IMG/VR virus record: IMGVR_UViG_3300013426_000001 | Span: 64,001 to 128,000 of that record | From: a virus | Lineage: Duplodnaviria; Caudoviricetes | Reading direction: 5' to 3' (one strand) | DNA length: 64,000 nt | Part shown: piece after piece, positions 9,909-19,380 of the stretch | Numbering within the stretch: the first letter of the stretch is position 1 | Layout: each line of letters starts with the position of its first letter | Program-made: the position numbers and the translations under genes | Notes under the pieces: generated by a model | What the model was told of the DNA's origin: nothing | Seen by the model: only the letters and a program-made list of their open reading frames with translations | The model's database searches: none

Positions 9909-11123
9909 ATGGAGAATAGTAGAACCGAACAACAAATAATAACCAAACAACATCCAAAGTGGCTATTTATAAATGAGATGTGTAAACATACAAAGGATTT
10001 GTATAATTACGCAAATTACTTGATAAGACAAGAATTTGCACAAAATAAGAAATACATCCAATATAAGGAGATGAATTCCACTTTTAAATCTCACGAATTA
10101 TACAAATCCTGTATGTCGCAGCCCGCCAACTGTGTTTTACGCAGATTGGATAAGAATTGGAAATCATTCTTTAAAGCCATCAAAGATTGGAAAAAGCATA
10201 AAGAAAAATATAGCGCAATGCCCAGATTACCGAAATATCTCAAAAAAGATGGTAGATTTGTCTGGGAAATCCCAAATAATGCTTGCTATATTGTCGGGGA
10301 CGAATTACATTTTCGTATCCGTAAATTACAAGATGTGAAATGGAAGACAAAGGCAAAAGGTAGACTATTACAAGTGCGCTTTGTCCCTCGTGGGAATGAT
10401 TATGTGATGGAAGTTGTAACAGAGGTAGAAATCGAGAATAAACCCAAAAGAGAAACATCCAGAATTGTTGGAATGGATTTAGGTGTAAATAACTTTGTAA
10501 CCATAACAAATAATATTGGAGAACAACCGATTATTATTAACGGCAAAGGATTAAAAAACATAAATCAATATTTCAATAGGGAAAGAGCGTATCTTATGGG
10601 TAGAACGATTCACAGAAATGGGAAACGTTGGTCAAATAAACTCGATAAACTGAACAACAAGCGCTTCAATAAAGTCAAAAACTTTATGCACCACGCAAGT
10701 AAGTTTGTAATTGATTATTGTAAATTAAATGATATAGATACAATTATTTGCGGATTGAATAACTTTTGGAAGCGAGAAGCAAAACTTGGAAGCAACACTC
10801 AATCGTTTGCCTTTATTCCTTATGATATGTTTATTAGACAGCTGACTTATAAATGTGAAGAAGCAGGAATAAACTTTATTACAACCGATGAGAGTTATAC
10901 TTCTGGAACAAGTTTTCTTGATAACGAAGAGCCAGTCAAGGAAAACTATAATAAGAAGCGCAGGATTAAACGTGGATTGTTCAAATCAAATAATGGAACA
11001 TTGATTAATTCTGATGTAAATGGTTCTTTACAAATAATAAAGAAAGTAGCTCCGAATGCTTTTGCAGACGGAGTACAGGGTTATCTGACCCCAGTCATTA
11101 TAAATGTAGCTAATGCTATATGA
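9909..11123 (+). CDS. tnpB: TnpB RNA-guided endonuclease (IS200/IS605 superfamily), no tnpA
   Basis: YNYANY, GMDLGVNN (RuvC-I), DESYTS, INSDVNGS (RuvC-III). Confidence 0.9.
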   Translation: MENSRTEQQIITKQHPKWLFINEMCKHTKDLYNYANYLIRQEFAQNKKYIQYKEMNSTFKSHELYKSCMSQPANCVLRRLDKNWKSFFKAIKDWKKHKEKYSAMPRLPKYLKKDGRFVWEIPNNACYIVGDELHFRIRKLQDVKWKTKAKGRLLQVRFVPRGNDYVMEVVTEVEIENKPKRETSRIVGMDLGVNNFVTITNNIGEQPIIINGKGLKNINQYFNRERAYLMGRTIHRNGKRWSNKLDKLNNKRFNKVKNFMHHASKFVIDYCKLNDIDTIICGLNNFWKREAKLGSNTQSFAFIPYDMFIRQLTYKCEEAGINFITTDESYTSGTSFLDNEEPVKENYNKKRRIKRGLFKSNNGTLINSDVNGSLQIIKKVAPNAFADGVQGYLTPVIINVANAI

Positions 11124-11183
11124 TTTATGACGAATATATTTTTATATAACAGAAGACGTGTTTTATTAGGAGGTTAGATAGGT

Positions 11184-11702
11184 ATGCAAACGATCGATTA
11201 TAAGAAGGTAAAATGCCCGAAATGCGGGAAGTCGTATTTCCGTGTAAAAGAAAACTCTGGCGTCAGTTTCACGAATTTGGTCTTTACCACTAAACCCGAC
11301 CCGATTTATAAAAACGGAGAGTTGCAAAACCCGACCGAAGCCGACCCGATAAAAGTGCGTTGCGAATGTTTGGAATGCGGGTGCAACTTCCGCGTCGAAA
11401 CGTACGATGTTTTCGGGGATTATCGGTTTATCGATGAAGACGAGGAAAGAAAAGAAAACGAGAGAAAGCTTGCGGAAAGCTTTAAGGTACTAAAAAAGGA
11501 AACTGAGAAAGCTAAAACAGAACTCGTCGTCGGAACGCCGTACGAAGTGGAAAATTGTCAGTTGAAGATTTCTCAGCCTCGATTCGTGAATCTCGACGTT
11601 GAACCAGTTTTTGAAGAGTTCTCGAAAACGTGGCAAGACGGGTTAAAAGAAGAAATAGACGAGATAAAAGAAAGGCTCGCGAAGTTGGAAAAGAATAAAT
11701 AA
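11184..11702 (+). CDS. zinc-ribbon protein
   Basis: CPKC and CLECG motifs. Confidence 0.65.
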   Translation: MQTIDYKKVKCPKCGKSYFRVKENSGVSFTNLVFTTKPDPIYKNGELQNPTEADPIKVRCECLECGCNFRVETYDVFGDYRFIDEDEERKENERKLAESFKVLKKETEKAKTELVVGTPYEVENCQLKISQPRFVNLDVEPVFEEFSKTWQDGLKEEIDEIKERLAKLEKNK

Positions 11703-11728
11703 AATTAGAATTTTATTGAGGTGACGAT

Positions 11729-12142
11729 ATGCAAAATTGGACTATAAAAGATGCTCGGATGTATTTATACAACAAATGTCCAAGTGGCAAACGGCTCATT
11801 CTAACTGGCGAAATGTGTGATGAAAATAACTTTTTCGGAATAGACCAAATGAGGTCTGTCCGTGTAAACGAGTTTTTATTAGGCAAAATAAACGAAAAAG
11901 CGATTTATTCGACATTTAAAATAAAGAAAGTAAAAGATGAATTTAAAATGCTTTTACAAAAAAAGAATGTTTTTTACAGTCGCCATTACGCCTTTACGAT
12001 GAAAATTGAGATAGTTGATAGTAATTCTGGCGAAAACAAAAAGCTTACAGTGAGATGCGATAGTGTCGACATAGACGAATACAACGACGATATTATAAGA
12101 GTTGTCGGGAGCTATTCCGACTGTAAGCTTCTCGAAAAATAA
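11729..12142 (+). CDS. hypothetical protein
   Basis: ORF, GAGG SD. Confidence 0.65.
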   Translation: MQNWTIKDARMYLYNKCPSGKRLILTGEMCDENNFFGIDQMRSVRVNEFLLGKINEKAIYSTFKIKKVKDEFKMLLQKKNVFYSRHYAFTMKIEIVDSNSGENKKLTVRCDSVDIDEYNDDIIRVVGSYSDCKLLEK

Positions 12143-12151
12143 AATATTTTC

Positions 12152-12198
12152 AAAACCCCGTTCAAACACTTGACAAACGGGGTTTTATTTGTTATAAT
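12152..12198 (+). promoter_or_regulatory. fused intrinsic terminator / sigma-A promoter
   Basis: AAAACCCCGTT...AACGGGGTTTT hairpin with TTGACA in loop; TATAAT 17 nt later. Confidence 0.75.
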
Positions 12199-12220
12199 TA
12201 AACCACAATCGGAGGTAGAT

Positions 12221-12481
12221 ATGGACTGGAAAGAAGAATTTATTAAATTATTAGAAGCGGGAACTTTTGAAACCGATTCAGAAATCGACGATTACGCCGA
12301 CGAACATAATTTACCCGTCTCGGATGTTTGGCAGTGTGTAGCAGAACACGAAGAAAGTTATCTGATCGAGCAATCAATCGGGACGTCCTGTGAAGGTTGT
12401 AAATATGTTACCGTAATACGAGGCTGGGCGCCTTGTCACGATTGTTATCGAAATAAGGCTGATTTTTATAAAAAGGCATAA
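12221..12481 (+). CDS. hypothetical protein with C-terminal Cys cluster
   Basis: ATG after GGAGG; CEGC...CHDC. Confidence 0.65.
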   Translation: MDWKEEFIKLLEAGTFETDSEIDDYADEHNLPVSDVWQCVAEHEESYLIEQSIGTSCEGCKYVTVIRGWAPCHDCYRNKADFYKKA

Positions 12482-12509
12482 TAAAATGAACATTTCATTG
12501 GAGGTTAAA

Positions 12510-12893
12510 ATGACACTTGACGAAGCTTTAAAAGAAATAGAGATTCTCAAATTACAAAATAAAAAGTTAGCAGAAGCGTTCGATTCGCTGGATAAAAAAT
12601 ACGATTCGCTGAAATTGGAATTAGAACTCGCGCAAGCGTGCCACAACGAAAAGTGCGCCGAATTCAACAAACTTTGTTTTGATTATGCAAAGTTACAAGT
12701 CAAAAACGAAAGATTCGAGCAGAATATGAAAAACGTTCTCGAGATCGAGAAGAAAAACGCGGTTCGAGAATTCGCTGAAAAGTTGAAACGATTTTACGAT
12801 GGCGCCGAAGTAAGTGTTTATAACGGTTACGAAGAAGGAATCTACGAACTAAACGATAAAATAGATGAATTATTGGAGGAGTTTTTGAAATGA
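12510..12893 (+). CDS. coiled-coil phage protein (AVxEFAEKLK family)
   Basis: shares AVxEFAEKLK...IDxLLxE with next gene. Confidence 0.65.
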   Translation: MTLDEALKEIEILKLQNKKLAEAFDSLDKKYDSLKLELELAQACHNEKCAEFNKLCFDYAKLQVKNERFEQNMKNVLEIEKKNAVREFAEKLKRFYDGAEVSVYNGYEEGIYELNDKIDELLEEFLK

Positions 12894-13261
12894 GCAATAA
12901 AAGATACCCCGTTGCGATAGACGATTTGCTCATCGAATTCGACGAAATGGATTATTGCCCGATGAATTTAAGCGGCGGTGATCCCGTTAAAGAGGCGATC
13001 GCTTGGAAAAACAGCCTGCGATACGAACTCGATTTGTTGTTCGACGAAAGGAGTGTGATAGAGCGCAGAGCGGTGGAAGAATTCGCGGAGAAGTTGAAAG
13101 AAAGGCTATGCGTTTTCTTTGATGAAAATGAAAATAACGACGGCAGCATAGATAAGGCATTATTACTTGTCGCTATTATTGGGGTTAAGGCGAAAGACGG
13201 AGCGACTATATCGATAGGAATGATAGATGATTTGTTAAAGGAGTACGAAGATGATAATTGA
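12890..13261 (+). CDS. phage protein (AVxEFAEKLK family)
   Basis: paralogous C-terminus to upstream gene; ATGA overlap. Confidence 0.65.
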   Translation: MSNKRYPVAIDDLLIEFDEMDYCPMNLSGGDPVKEAIAWKNSLRYELDLLFDERSVIERRAVEEFAEKLKERLCVFFDENENNDGSIDKALLLVAIIGVKAKDGATISIGMIDDLLKEYEDDN

Positions 13262-13535
13262 TTATATTGGTCAAGAGTTGATTTGGAAGATATTAGGCAT
13301 ACACCCTTATCAAAAGAACAACCCGCATTATGCAATAAAGATTCGTTGCAAAACACCGCAAGACAATAAGAATACAAGAGACTTTATCTTACAACATATC
13401 ACAATGGATAAATTATATAGTGTTGATGCGTTTGAATACAAGCCATTTATATACGTTACTCGGAAAATTTTTGTCAAAAACGTATTCGACGAAATCAGCG
13501 AAGTCGAATTCATAAATGAATTTACAGGAGATTAA
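13251..13535 (+). CDS. hypothetical protein
   Basis: ORF, AGGAG SD. Confidence 0.6.
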   Translation: MIIDYIGQELIWKILGIHPYQKNNPHYAIKIRCKTPQDNKNTRDFILQHITMDKLYSVDAFEYKPFIYVTRKIFVKNVFDEISEVEFINEFTGD

Positions 13536-13538
13536 ATA

Positions 13539-13880
13539 ATGAATAAGCAAAAAGTTATTGAACTAAACAAAGAATTCGTTAAATTAGTCGCAGAAAACCC
13601 CAATTTGCCGATAAAGGTTTTTGTAAGCGGTGATTGTATGGAAGACGAGGAATGGGTGGTAGGCGAAATTTACGATTGCAAAGTCACCGAGATAGCGGAA
13701 TACGAAGACAGGTGTTACGAAAGAGACGACTTCGATTGGTTGAAAGAGATAATTTCGAACGGGGTTTGCGACGATCCTGAATACGCAAATCTCACCGACG
13801 AAGAGTTTGATAAAGCGATAGAAGAAAAGGTGGAATGGCTCGGTTGGGAAAGAGTGATTTTGTTAAAGGTCGACGTATAA
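13539..13880 (+). CDS. acidic hypothetical protein
   Basis: ORF, AGGAG SD. Confidence 0.7.
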   Translation: MNKQKVIELNKEFVKLVAENPNLPIKVFVSGDCMEDEEWVVGEIYDCKVTEIAEYEDRCYERDDFDWLKEIISNGVCDDPEYANLTDEEFDKAIEEKVEWLGWERVILLKVDV

Positions 13881-13910
13881 TAAATTTCTTGTTTTATTGC
13901 GTCAAAATAG

Positions 13911-13939
13911 TTGACAAATGAATTTCAATATGTTATAAT
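13911..13939 (+). promoter_or_regulatory. sigma-A promoter of Met-rich/vWA/PurA operon
   Basis: TTGACA-17-TATAAT. Confidence 0.85.
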
Positions 13940-13982
13940 CTAATTACAAAATAAATAAGGCGAGAGCCAAAGGAGCAAATTT

Positions 13983-14585
13983 ATGATGGAAAATATGTTT
14001 AATGGCATGTTTGGCAAGGTTGCAAACGGCATGTGTCGTTTGTCTATGAACGGAGGAATTGCAGTCAAAACCTCGAATGGGTATAAAACGTACAATGTTG
14101 AAAAGAAAAGATTGACCAATTGCGATAACTTCGTATTCAACATTGGTGAAGAATTCTTCTTCGTTATCCCCACAAATAAAGCGGCGGTCGGAGATATTAT
14201 TCTCGTGGCAGGCAAACCGAAATGTGTTATCAAAGCTGATGGTGAAACTATTAAAGTTATCAATTACGAAGATTCGACCGTGGAAGATATCCTCCCCGAA
14301 AGACACGTGTTTATGGGAGAAACGTACTTCTATGGGAAAATTGTTTCGATGTTTGGACAGAATTTTATGAAGGGCAAGAAAGGAATGAATAAATTCATGT
14401 CTTATATGATGATGTCCGAGATGATGAAGGGAATGAATGGAAATTCTTCCTCGATGAATAGTATGCTTCCCTTTATGATGATGGGAGGGAACTTGGGCAA
14501 TATGTTCGGTGATATGTTTGACGGTGCGATGGATTTCGGTAACCTGATCGGTGATAACGAAGAAAACGAAGAAGAGGAGAAATAA
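13983..14585 (+). CDS. protein with Met/Gly-rich low-complexity C-terminus
   Basis: MMMSEMMKGM...LPFMMMGG tail. Confidence 0.75.
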   Translation: MMENMFNGMFGKVANGMCRLSMNGGIAVKTSNGYKTYNVEKKRLTNCDNFVFNIGEEFFFVIPTNKAAVGDIILVAGKPKCVIKADGETIKVINYEDSTVEDILPERHVFMGETYFYGKIVSMFGQNFMKGKKGMNKFMSYMMMSEMMKGMNGNSSSMNSMLPFMMMGGNLGNMFGDMFDGAMDFGNLIGDNEENEEEEK

Positions 14586-14587
14586 TT

Positions 14588-15475
14588 ATGGGTGGCGGTA
14601 GTTGGACTACGAGTTCGTATACGTCTTATACGAAAACAAAAGGAATTAAAACTTCATGCTTAGCTGACGGAACCGTTACTCTTGACGCTTCTTACGATGC
14701 TCAAGATCTTTATACAGCGAGAAAACTTGATGAAGCACTTGATCCGAGGGGTGTTGTCAGAGAATGCGTAGATAGCGAGGAACACCCGAATACTATTCCT
14801 GTAATTCTTGCTCTTGACGTTACTGGAAGTATGGGGAGCGCCCTCGAAGAAGTTTCAAAAAAACTTAACGCTATTATGACTGAAACATACAAGAAAGTAA
14901 AGGATGTTGAATTTCTTGTGATGGGTATTGGAGACCTTGCGTATGATAACGCGCCCATTCAGGCTTCTCAGTTTGAATCTGATATCAGAATAGTAGAACA
15001 ACTTGATAAAGTTTATTTTGAACGTGGCGGCGGCGGCAATAAATACGAGTCTTATACGGCTGCTTGGTATTTCGCCGTTAACCAAACGAAACTGGATGCT
15101 TGGAAACGCGGCAAGAAGGGTATTTTAATTACTCTCGGAGATGAACCTCTTAACCCGTATTTGCCTAAAGAAGCTCTCAAAAGAGTGACTGGCAACGAAA
15201 CGTTACAAGGGGACGTTGAAACAAAAGAATTGTATGACGAAGTAATCAAAAAATACGACGTTTATCATTTTGCGATTGATGACAACCACACTTGTTATAG
15301 ATATTATAAAAATGACATCAAAGAAACTTGGGGAAAGTATCTTGACGATAATCACCTCAAAGTCGTTACTTTGAACGAACTTGCGGCGCAAATTGTAAAC
15401 GCTATTACAGAATCTTCCGATTCCGCTATTGGCGGAACAGGAGTTTGCACTTCTACTGATGGGATTTCTTGGTAA
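14588..15475 (+). CDS. von Willebrand factor A (vWA) domain protein
   Basis: MIDAS-type LDVTGSM, GGGGNxxESY, ITLGDE. Confidence 0.85.
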   Translation: MGGGSWTTSSYTSYTKTKGIKTSCLADGTVTLDASYDAQDLYTARKLDEALDPRGVVRECVDSEEHPNTIPVILALDVTGSMGSALEEVSKKLNAIMTETYKKVKDVEFLVMGIGDLAYDNAPIQASQFESDIRIVEQLDKVYFERGGGGNKYESYTAAWYFAVNQTKLDAWKRGKKGILITLGDEPLNPYLPKEALKRVTGNETLQGDVETKELYDEVIKKYDVYHFAIDDNHTCYRYYKNDIKETWGKYLDDNHLKVVTLNELAAQIVNAITESSDSAIGGTGVCTSTDGISW

Positions 15476-15480
15476 AATTT

Positions 15481-16665
15481 ATGAACGTTAAAATTGTAAT
15501 AGGATCTAATTATGGAGACGAAGGGAAAGGGTTAACTTCTCGTTACTTTGCCCAAAAAGCCGAAGGAAGTTGCTTAACCGTTTTACATAATGGGGGAGCA
15601 CAAAGAGGGCATACCGTTGATTATTCGGAAGATAAGAGATTTGTATACCATCATCTCGCTTGTGGAACTGCTGATGGGAGTGATACTTATTTTGAGCAAA
15701 ACTTCATAATTAATCCTATTCTTTTTAACAGAGAGGTTGAAGAGCTTGAAAAAATAAACATTCGCAATTACAGCGTATTTATTTCGCCTCGTTGCAGAGT
15801 GACAACCCCATACGATATGATACTCAATCAAATGGTTGAACGGACACGGGGTGGTCAAAAACACGGTTCTTGCGGAGTTGGTATCTTTGAAACTATAAAG
15901 AGATATGAAAGTTCTGAATATAATAAAACCTTTTCCGAGATGAAGAATATGACCGATTTGGAATTATTTAGATATATCGAAGAAATTTCTAGGGCATATT
16001 TATTCAGTAAAATCGAAGAATACAAAATTCCGAGAAATATTTCTGATGATTATTTGCCGTCAATTACTTCTCGTAAATTTTTGACCGATTATATTATAGA
16101 TTTTCGCTTGATGGCATCTGAAATAACGGAGATAGAACCGTGGGATTTGTACGGGAATTATGATACTCTTATATTTGAAGGGGCGCAGGGGCTCGCTTTG
16201 GATATGGACAACAAAGAAAATTTCCCTTATTTGACGCCAAGCAAAACAGGTTGTTACAACCCGCGAAATTCTCTTGAAGAATATGGGAAAATTCCTTTTA
16301 ATATTGAGTTATGTTACATTACAAGAACCTATCTTACTCGACACGGAGCGGGTCCTTTTCCCTCGGAATGTAAAAAAGAAGAAATTAACGAGCGGATCGA
16401 GGACAAAACGAACGTTCCTAATCCATATCAAGATAGTATAAGATATGGGAAGTTCGATATAACGGCGTTTTTAAATAGAATTAAGTCAGACGAAATTACT
16501 TTCCCCTATCATCACATCTCTACGTGTTTTATTACACATAATAATTATGTGGATGTTGAGGGTTCTGAGGTCGAAGAGCAGCTCGCGCCGAACTTTCATT
16601 TTTTATATTTTTCAGGTGATAAGTTCGGTGAAAAAATAAAAACGAAGAGAGGAGAGAGAAAATGA
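15481..16665 (+). CDS. purA: divergent adenylosuccinate synthetase-family (PurA-like) ligase
   Basis: GSNYGDEGKG, GGAQRGHT, FEGAQG, TRHGAGPF; aspartate-binding loop divergent. Confidence 0.85.
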   Translation: MNVKIVIGSNYGDEGKGLTSRYFAQKAEGSCLTVLHNGGAQRGHTVDYSEDKRFVYHHLACGTADGSDTYFEQNFIINPILFNREVEELEKINIRNYSVFISPRCRVTTPYDMILNQMVERTRGGQKHGSCGVGIFETIKRYESSEYNKTFSEMKNMTDLELFRYIEEISRAYLFSKIEEYKIPRNISDDYLPSITSRKFLTDYIIDFRLMASEITEIEPWDLYGNYDTLIFEGAQGLALDMDNKENFPYLTPSKTGCYNPRNSLEEYGKIPFNIELCYITRTYLTRHGAGPFPSECKKEEINERIEDKTNVPNPYQDSIRYGKFDITAFLNRIKSDEITFPYHHISTCFITHNNYVDVEGSEVEEQLAPNFHFLYFSGDKFGEKIKTKRGERK

Positions 16666-17099
16666 AAGCATATAGGCACGTTTATCTCGATTTTCCTAAT
16701 TTCACACAGGAAAGCTACTACGAAGTTACAAGTAAAGTAACTTTTCAAAACGGCGTAGAGGACGAGATTAAAACAACAATTGTTTGCGACGATCCCTATG
16801 ACGCGATGAGAATGGTTCGAGAATTTCTTTTATCAAAAAAGGATTGGCTTGTAACGGAAGTCCGTGGACAGAGTTGCGAAGGAGGCGCGGTATTGGTCGC
16901 AAAGCCAGAAGTTCCAGAAAAGAAATGGGTAATTATTGGTGATGGATATTATCTTAAATTCAAACATTATTCAATGATTTACACTACTGTTAATGGATTT
17001 AATGTTCATTATGGGATGTTCGATAAAAAAGAAAAAGCAGACGAACGTTGTGCGGAGTTAAATAAAGAGTGGGAAGAATATTTTGGAGATAAAAAATGA
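16662..17099 (+). CDS. hypothetical protein
   Basis: ATGA overlap, SD. Confidence 0.7.
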   Translation: MKAYRHVYLDFPNFTQESYYEVTSKVTFQNGVEDEIKTTIVCDDPYDAMRMVREFLLSKKDWLVTEVRGQSCEGGAVLVAKPEVPEKKWVIIGDGYYLKFKHYSMIYTTVNGFNVHYGMFDKKEKADERCAELNKEWEEYFGDKK

Positions 17100-17473
17100 A
17101 AACACTTTATTTCAAAAAGACACCCGACAGTGCGGGAAACGAATGGGTTGATTCGCAAGATATTTTTCAGTACGTAGACGAGCTCGATACATTCTTCAAT
17201 AAGTGGTATCAATTCATAGTAAAGAAATGCGAACAACTGAATTATTACAATAATCACACTTCAACCGCATACGGCAATCCTGATTATTCGTGGTTAATAG
17301 GTTTTTGCTCGGGTTGGTTGTCGGCAAAGAGTTGTTACGAAGATATCGAAGATGGTGTTTGCTGTATTAAAGACCAGCGAGATAGAACGATTATGAAATT
17401 TGACGTTCCAAAAATTTCTGAAATAGAACGAGAAAACCGAAAGAAAATCGACGAACTTTGGGAGAATATATAA
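17096..17473 (+). CDS. hypothetical protein
   Basis: ATGA overlap, SD. Confidence 0.7.
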   Translation: MKTLYFKKTPDSAGNEWVDSQDIFQYVDELDTFFNKWYQFIVKKCEQLNYYNNHTSTAYGNPDYSWLIGFCSGWLSAKSCYEDIEDGVCCIKDQRDRTIMKFDVPKISEIERENRKKIDELWENI

Positions 17474-17509
17474 TCGGTTAATAGAATAGTTATTTTATGA
17501 GGTGGTTTT

Positions 17510-17821
17510 ATGAATCGACAGACAAAAAACAAATTAGATTTTATCATTCAAATAGTAGTATTAATTTTAGTAACTGCTTTTGCTTTAACAGGACCAATCA
17601 TTTCTTTTATTCATCAATATCATTTAATTGTTGAAGAGTTTGGGCGGTTTATTGGTGGCGTTTTTATTTACGACAATTATGCATGGTGGAACTTGACAGC
17701 TTTAACTTGGTTTCCTTATGGTGTTTATCTCAAGATTTCGAACAAGAAAACAAATAAGGAAATGGCGAAGGAAATGTATGAATTAATGTATTGGACGGAA
17801 AAAGAAGATGACAAAAAATAA
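17510..17821 (+). CDS. membrane protein
   Basis: hydrophobic segments. Confidence 0.65.
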   Translation: MNRQTKNKLDFIIQIVVLILVTAFALTGPIISFIHQYHLIVEEFGRFIGGVFIYDNYAWWNLTALTWFPYGVYLKISNKKTNKEMAKEMYELMYWTEKEDDKK

Positions 17822-18209
17822 TATCCCTGAAGTTGGCAAAACATACGCCTTTTTCGATGACGGCAAAACTGGACTTTCTCGCCGTTATAAAGCAACGGTT
17901 TTAGGCAAAATTCCGTTCGAAGTGGCAGAAGAGCTTTATCCCGAACTTTTTGCGGGTTGGAAAGAAAACCTCGAAGAAGCCGATTTTCTTTACGCGCCGA
18001 TAACCGACTTTTTTGTGAAATGTTCAATCCCGAACTATGACGATGACTTTGTTTATTTCGTTCGTGATATAAATGGTGGCTGGTCTTCGATTGATTTTCC
18101 GAATAGCTGGATGAATGGACTTCTCGATGTTGATGGAGAATACGGTAAGAAAAACGATATTCCGCCTGTAGAAAAATGGGTGGCTGGGAAAGACTATTTA
18201 GGAGATTGA
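17808..18209 (+). CDS. hypothetical protein
   Basis: ORF in operon. Confidence 0.7.
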   Translation: MTKNNIPEVGKTYAFFDDGKTGLSRRYKATVLGKIPFEVAEELYPELFAGWKENLEEADFLYAPITDFFVKCSIPNYDDDFVYFVRDINGGWSSIDFPNSWMNGLLDVDGEYGKKNDIPPVEKWVAGKDYLGD

Positions 18210-18361
18210 TTGATGACAATTAGCGTACATACACGAGAAATATGCCCGTTATATTATTTCAACGTGAATAGTGTAGAAGAAACGTGGAACGGGTTCAGGG
18301 TTTATCTCGATAATGGATTTTACAAAGATTTTAACAAAGATTGGTGGTGGGAGGAAGAAAA

Positions 18362-18670
18362 ATGATACAGATTACGAATAAAGACTTTTACAAGCGGTAT
18401 AAAAGTTTCAGCGGCTCCTTTTCCGAGTGGTTTAACGCTTGTGTAGACGAACACGACGTTTTTCGTTTTTGGTACAAAGACGACCCCGAAGACGCAAACG
18501 CCGATTACGTCCAAATTTCGAGCGTTATCGACATAGGCGGAGATTTTCTGCTCGGGTTGAAATTCGTTGACTGGAACGGCGAAGAAGAAGGGAAGGAAAT
18601 GGTCGAATTCAGAAGATTGAGCGAGGTGAGAGCAATCGAGATTTTTGCGAATGAGGAGGATTCGGAATGA
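18362..18670 (+). CDS. hypothetical protein
   Basis: ATG after GGAGG. Confidence 0.65.
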   Translation: MIQITNKDFYKRYKSFSGSFSEWFNACVDEHDVFRFWYKDDPEDANADYVQISSVIDIGGDFLLGLKFVDWNGEEEGKEMVEFRRLSEVRAIEIFANEEDSE

Positions 18671-19128
18671 TTGAAATTTTGTTTAGGGGTAAACGCAAAG
18701 ATAATGATCAATGGGTGCATGGGTTTTACTTTAAACGAGTCAGAAATTATGCGGGATTTAAAACCGAAGAACAGGCTTATATCAAATATGAAACTTGGGA
18801 TGAAGGTTTTGTTACTTATGAAGTCACCCTTAAAACTGTTGGTCAATTTACTGGGTTAACCGATAAAAACGGGCAGAAGATATTTGAAGGTGATATTCTT
18901 CGGGGATTCTGTTATCCTTTTCGAGATGGTGAGGGTAAGCATAACTATTATGCAGAAATTGTCTGGTTCAGCAACAGCCCTGCTTTTGGGTTGATCGCCC
19001 ACAAAACTCCAACATCTAACGTGGTTGGGATTGCAGACGGAAATTGTGAATATCTTGAAGATTGGGATAATACTCAATGGGAAGTAATTGGCAATATTTA
19101 TGATAATCCCGAACTTTTGGAGGATTAA
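18667..19128 (+). CDS. YopX family protein
   Basis: EILFRGKR, GQFTGLTDKNGQKIFEGDI, EVIGNIYDNPELL. Confidence 0.9.
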   Translation: MIEILFRGKRKDNDQWVHGFYFKRVRNYAGFKTEEQAYIKYETWDEGFVTYEVTLKTVGQFTGLTDKNGQKIFEGDILRGFCYPFRDGEGKHNYYAEIVWFSNSPAFGLIAHKTPTSNVVGIADGNCEYLEDWDNTQWEVIGNIYDNPELLED

Positions 19129-19380
19129 ATGAAACTTTCTAAAATCCCCGAATTAACCCGTGAGCAACTCGAAAAGAAATTCCCACAAAATCATTATTGC
19201 ATTACCTTTTACCCTGTAGAAGACGGTTTCCCCGACCCGATAAATGCGACACAGATTTTTGTGAAACTAACTAAATCAAAGGCGAAGGAATTGGCGGAAC
19301 TTTTCGAACGGACAAATAAGGGAAATGAGGTATTAAGGATTACAATAGAAATTTTCGAAATAGGATTAAATAATGATTAA
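19129..19380 (+). CDS. hypothetical protein
   Basis: ORF, GGAGG SD. Confidence 0.6.
   Translation: MKLSKIPELTREQLEKKFPQNHYCITFYPVEDGFPDPINATQIFVKLTKSKAKELAELFERTNKGNEVLRITIEIFEIGLNND

Noticed and set aside
15481-16665. PurZ / diaminopurine (Z-genome) pathway
   Set aside because: The P-loop has the PurA-type Asp (GDEGKG), not the PurZ Ser, and no DatZ/MazZ-like genes are recognisable in the window.
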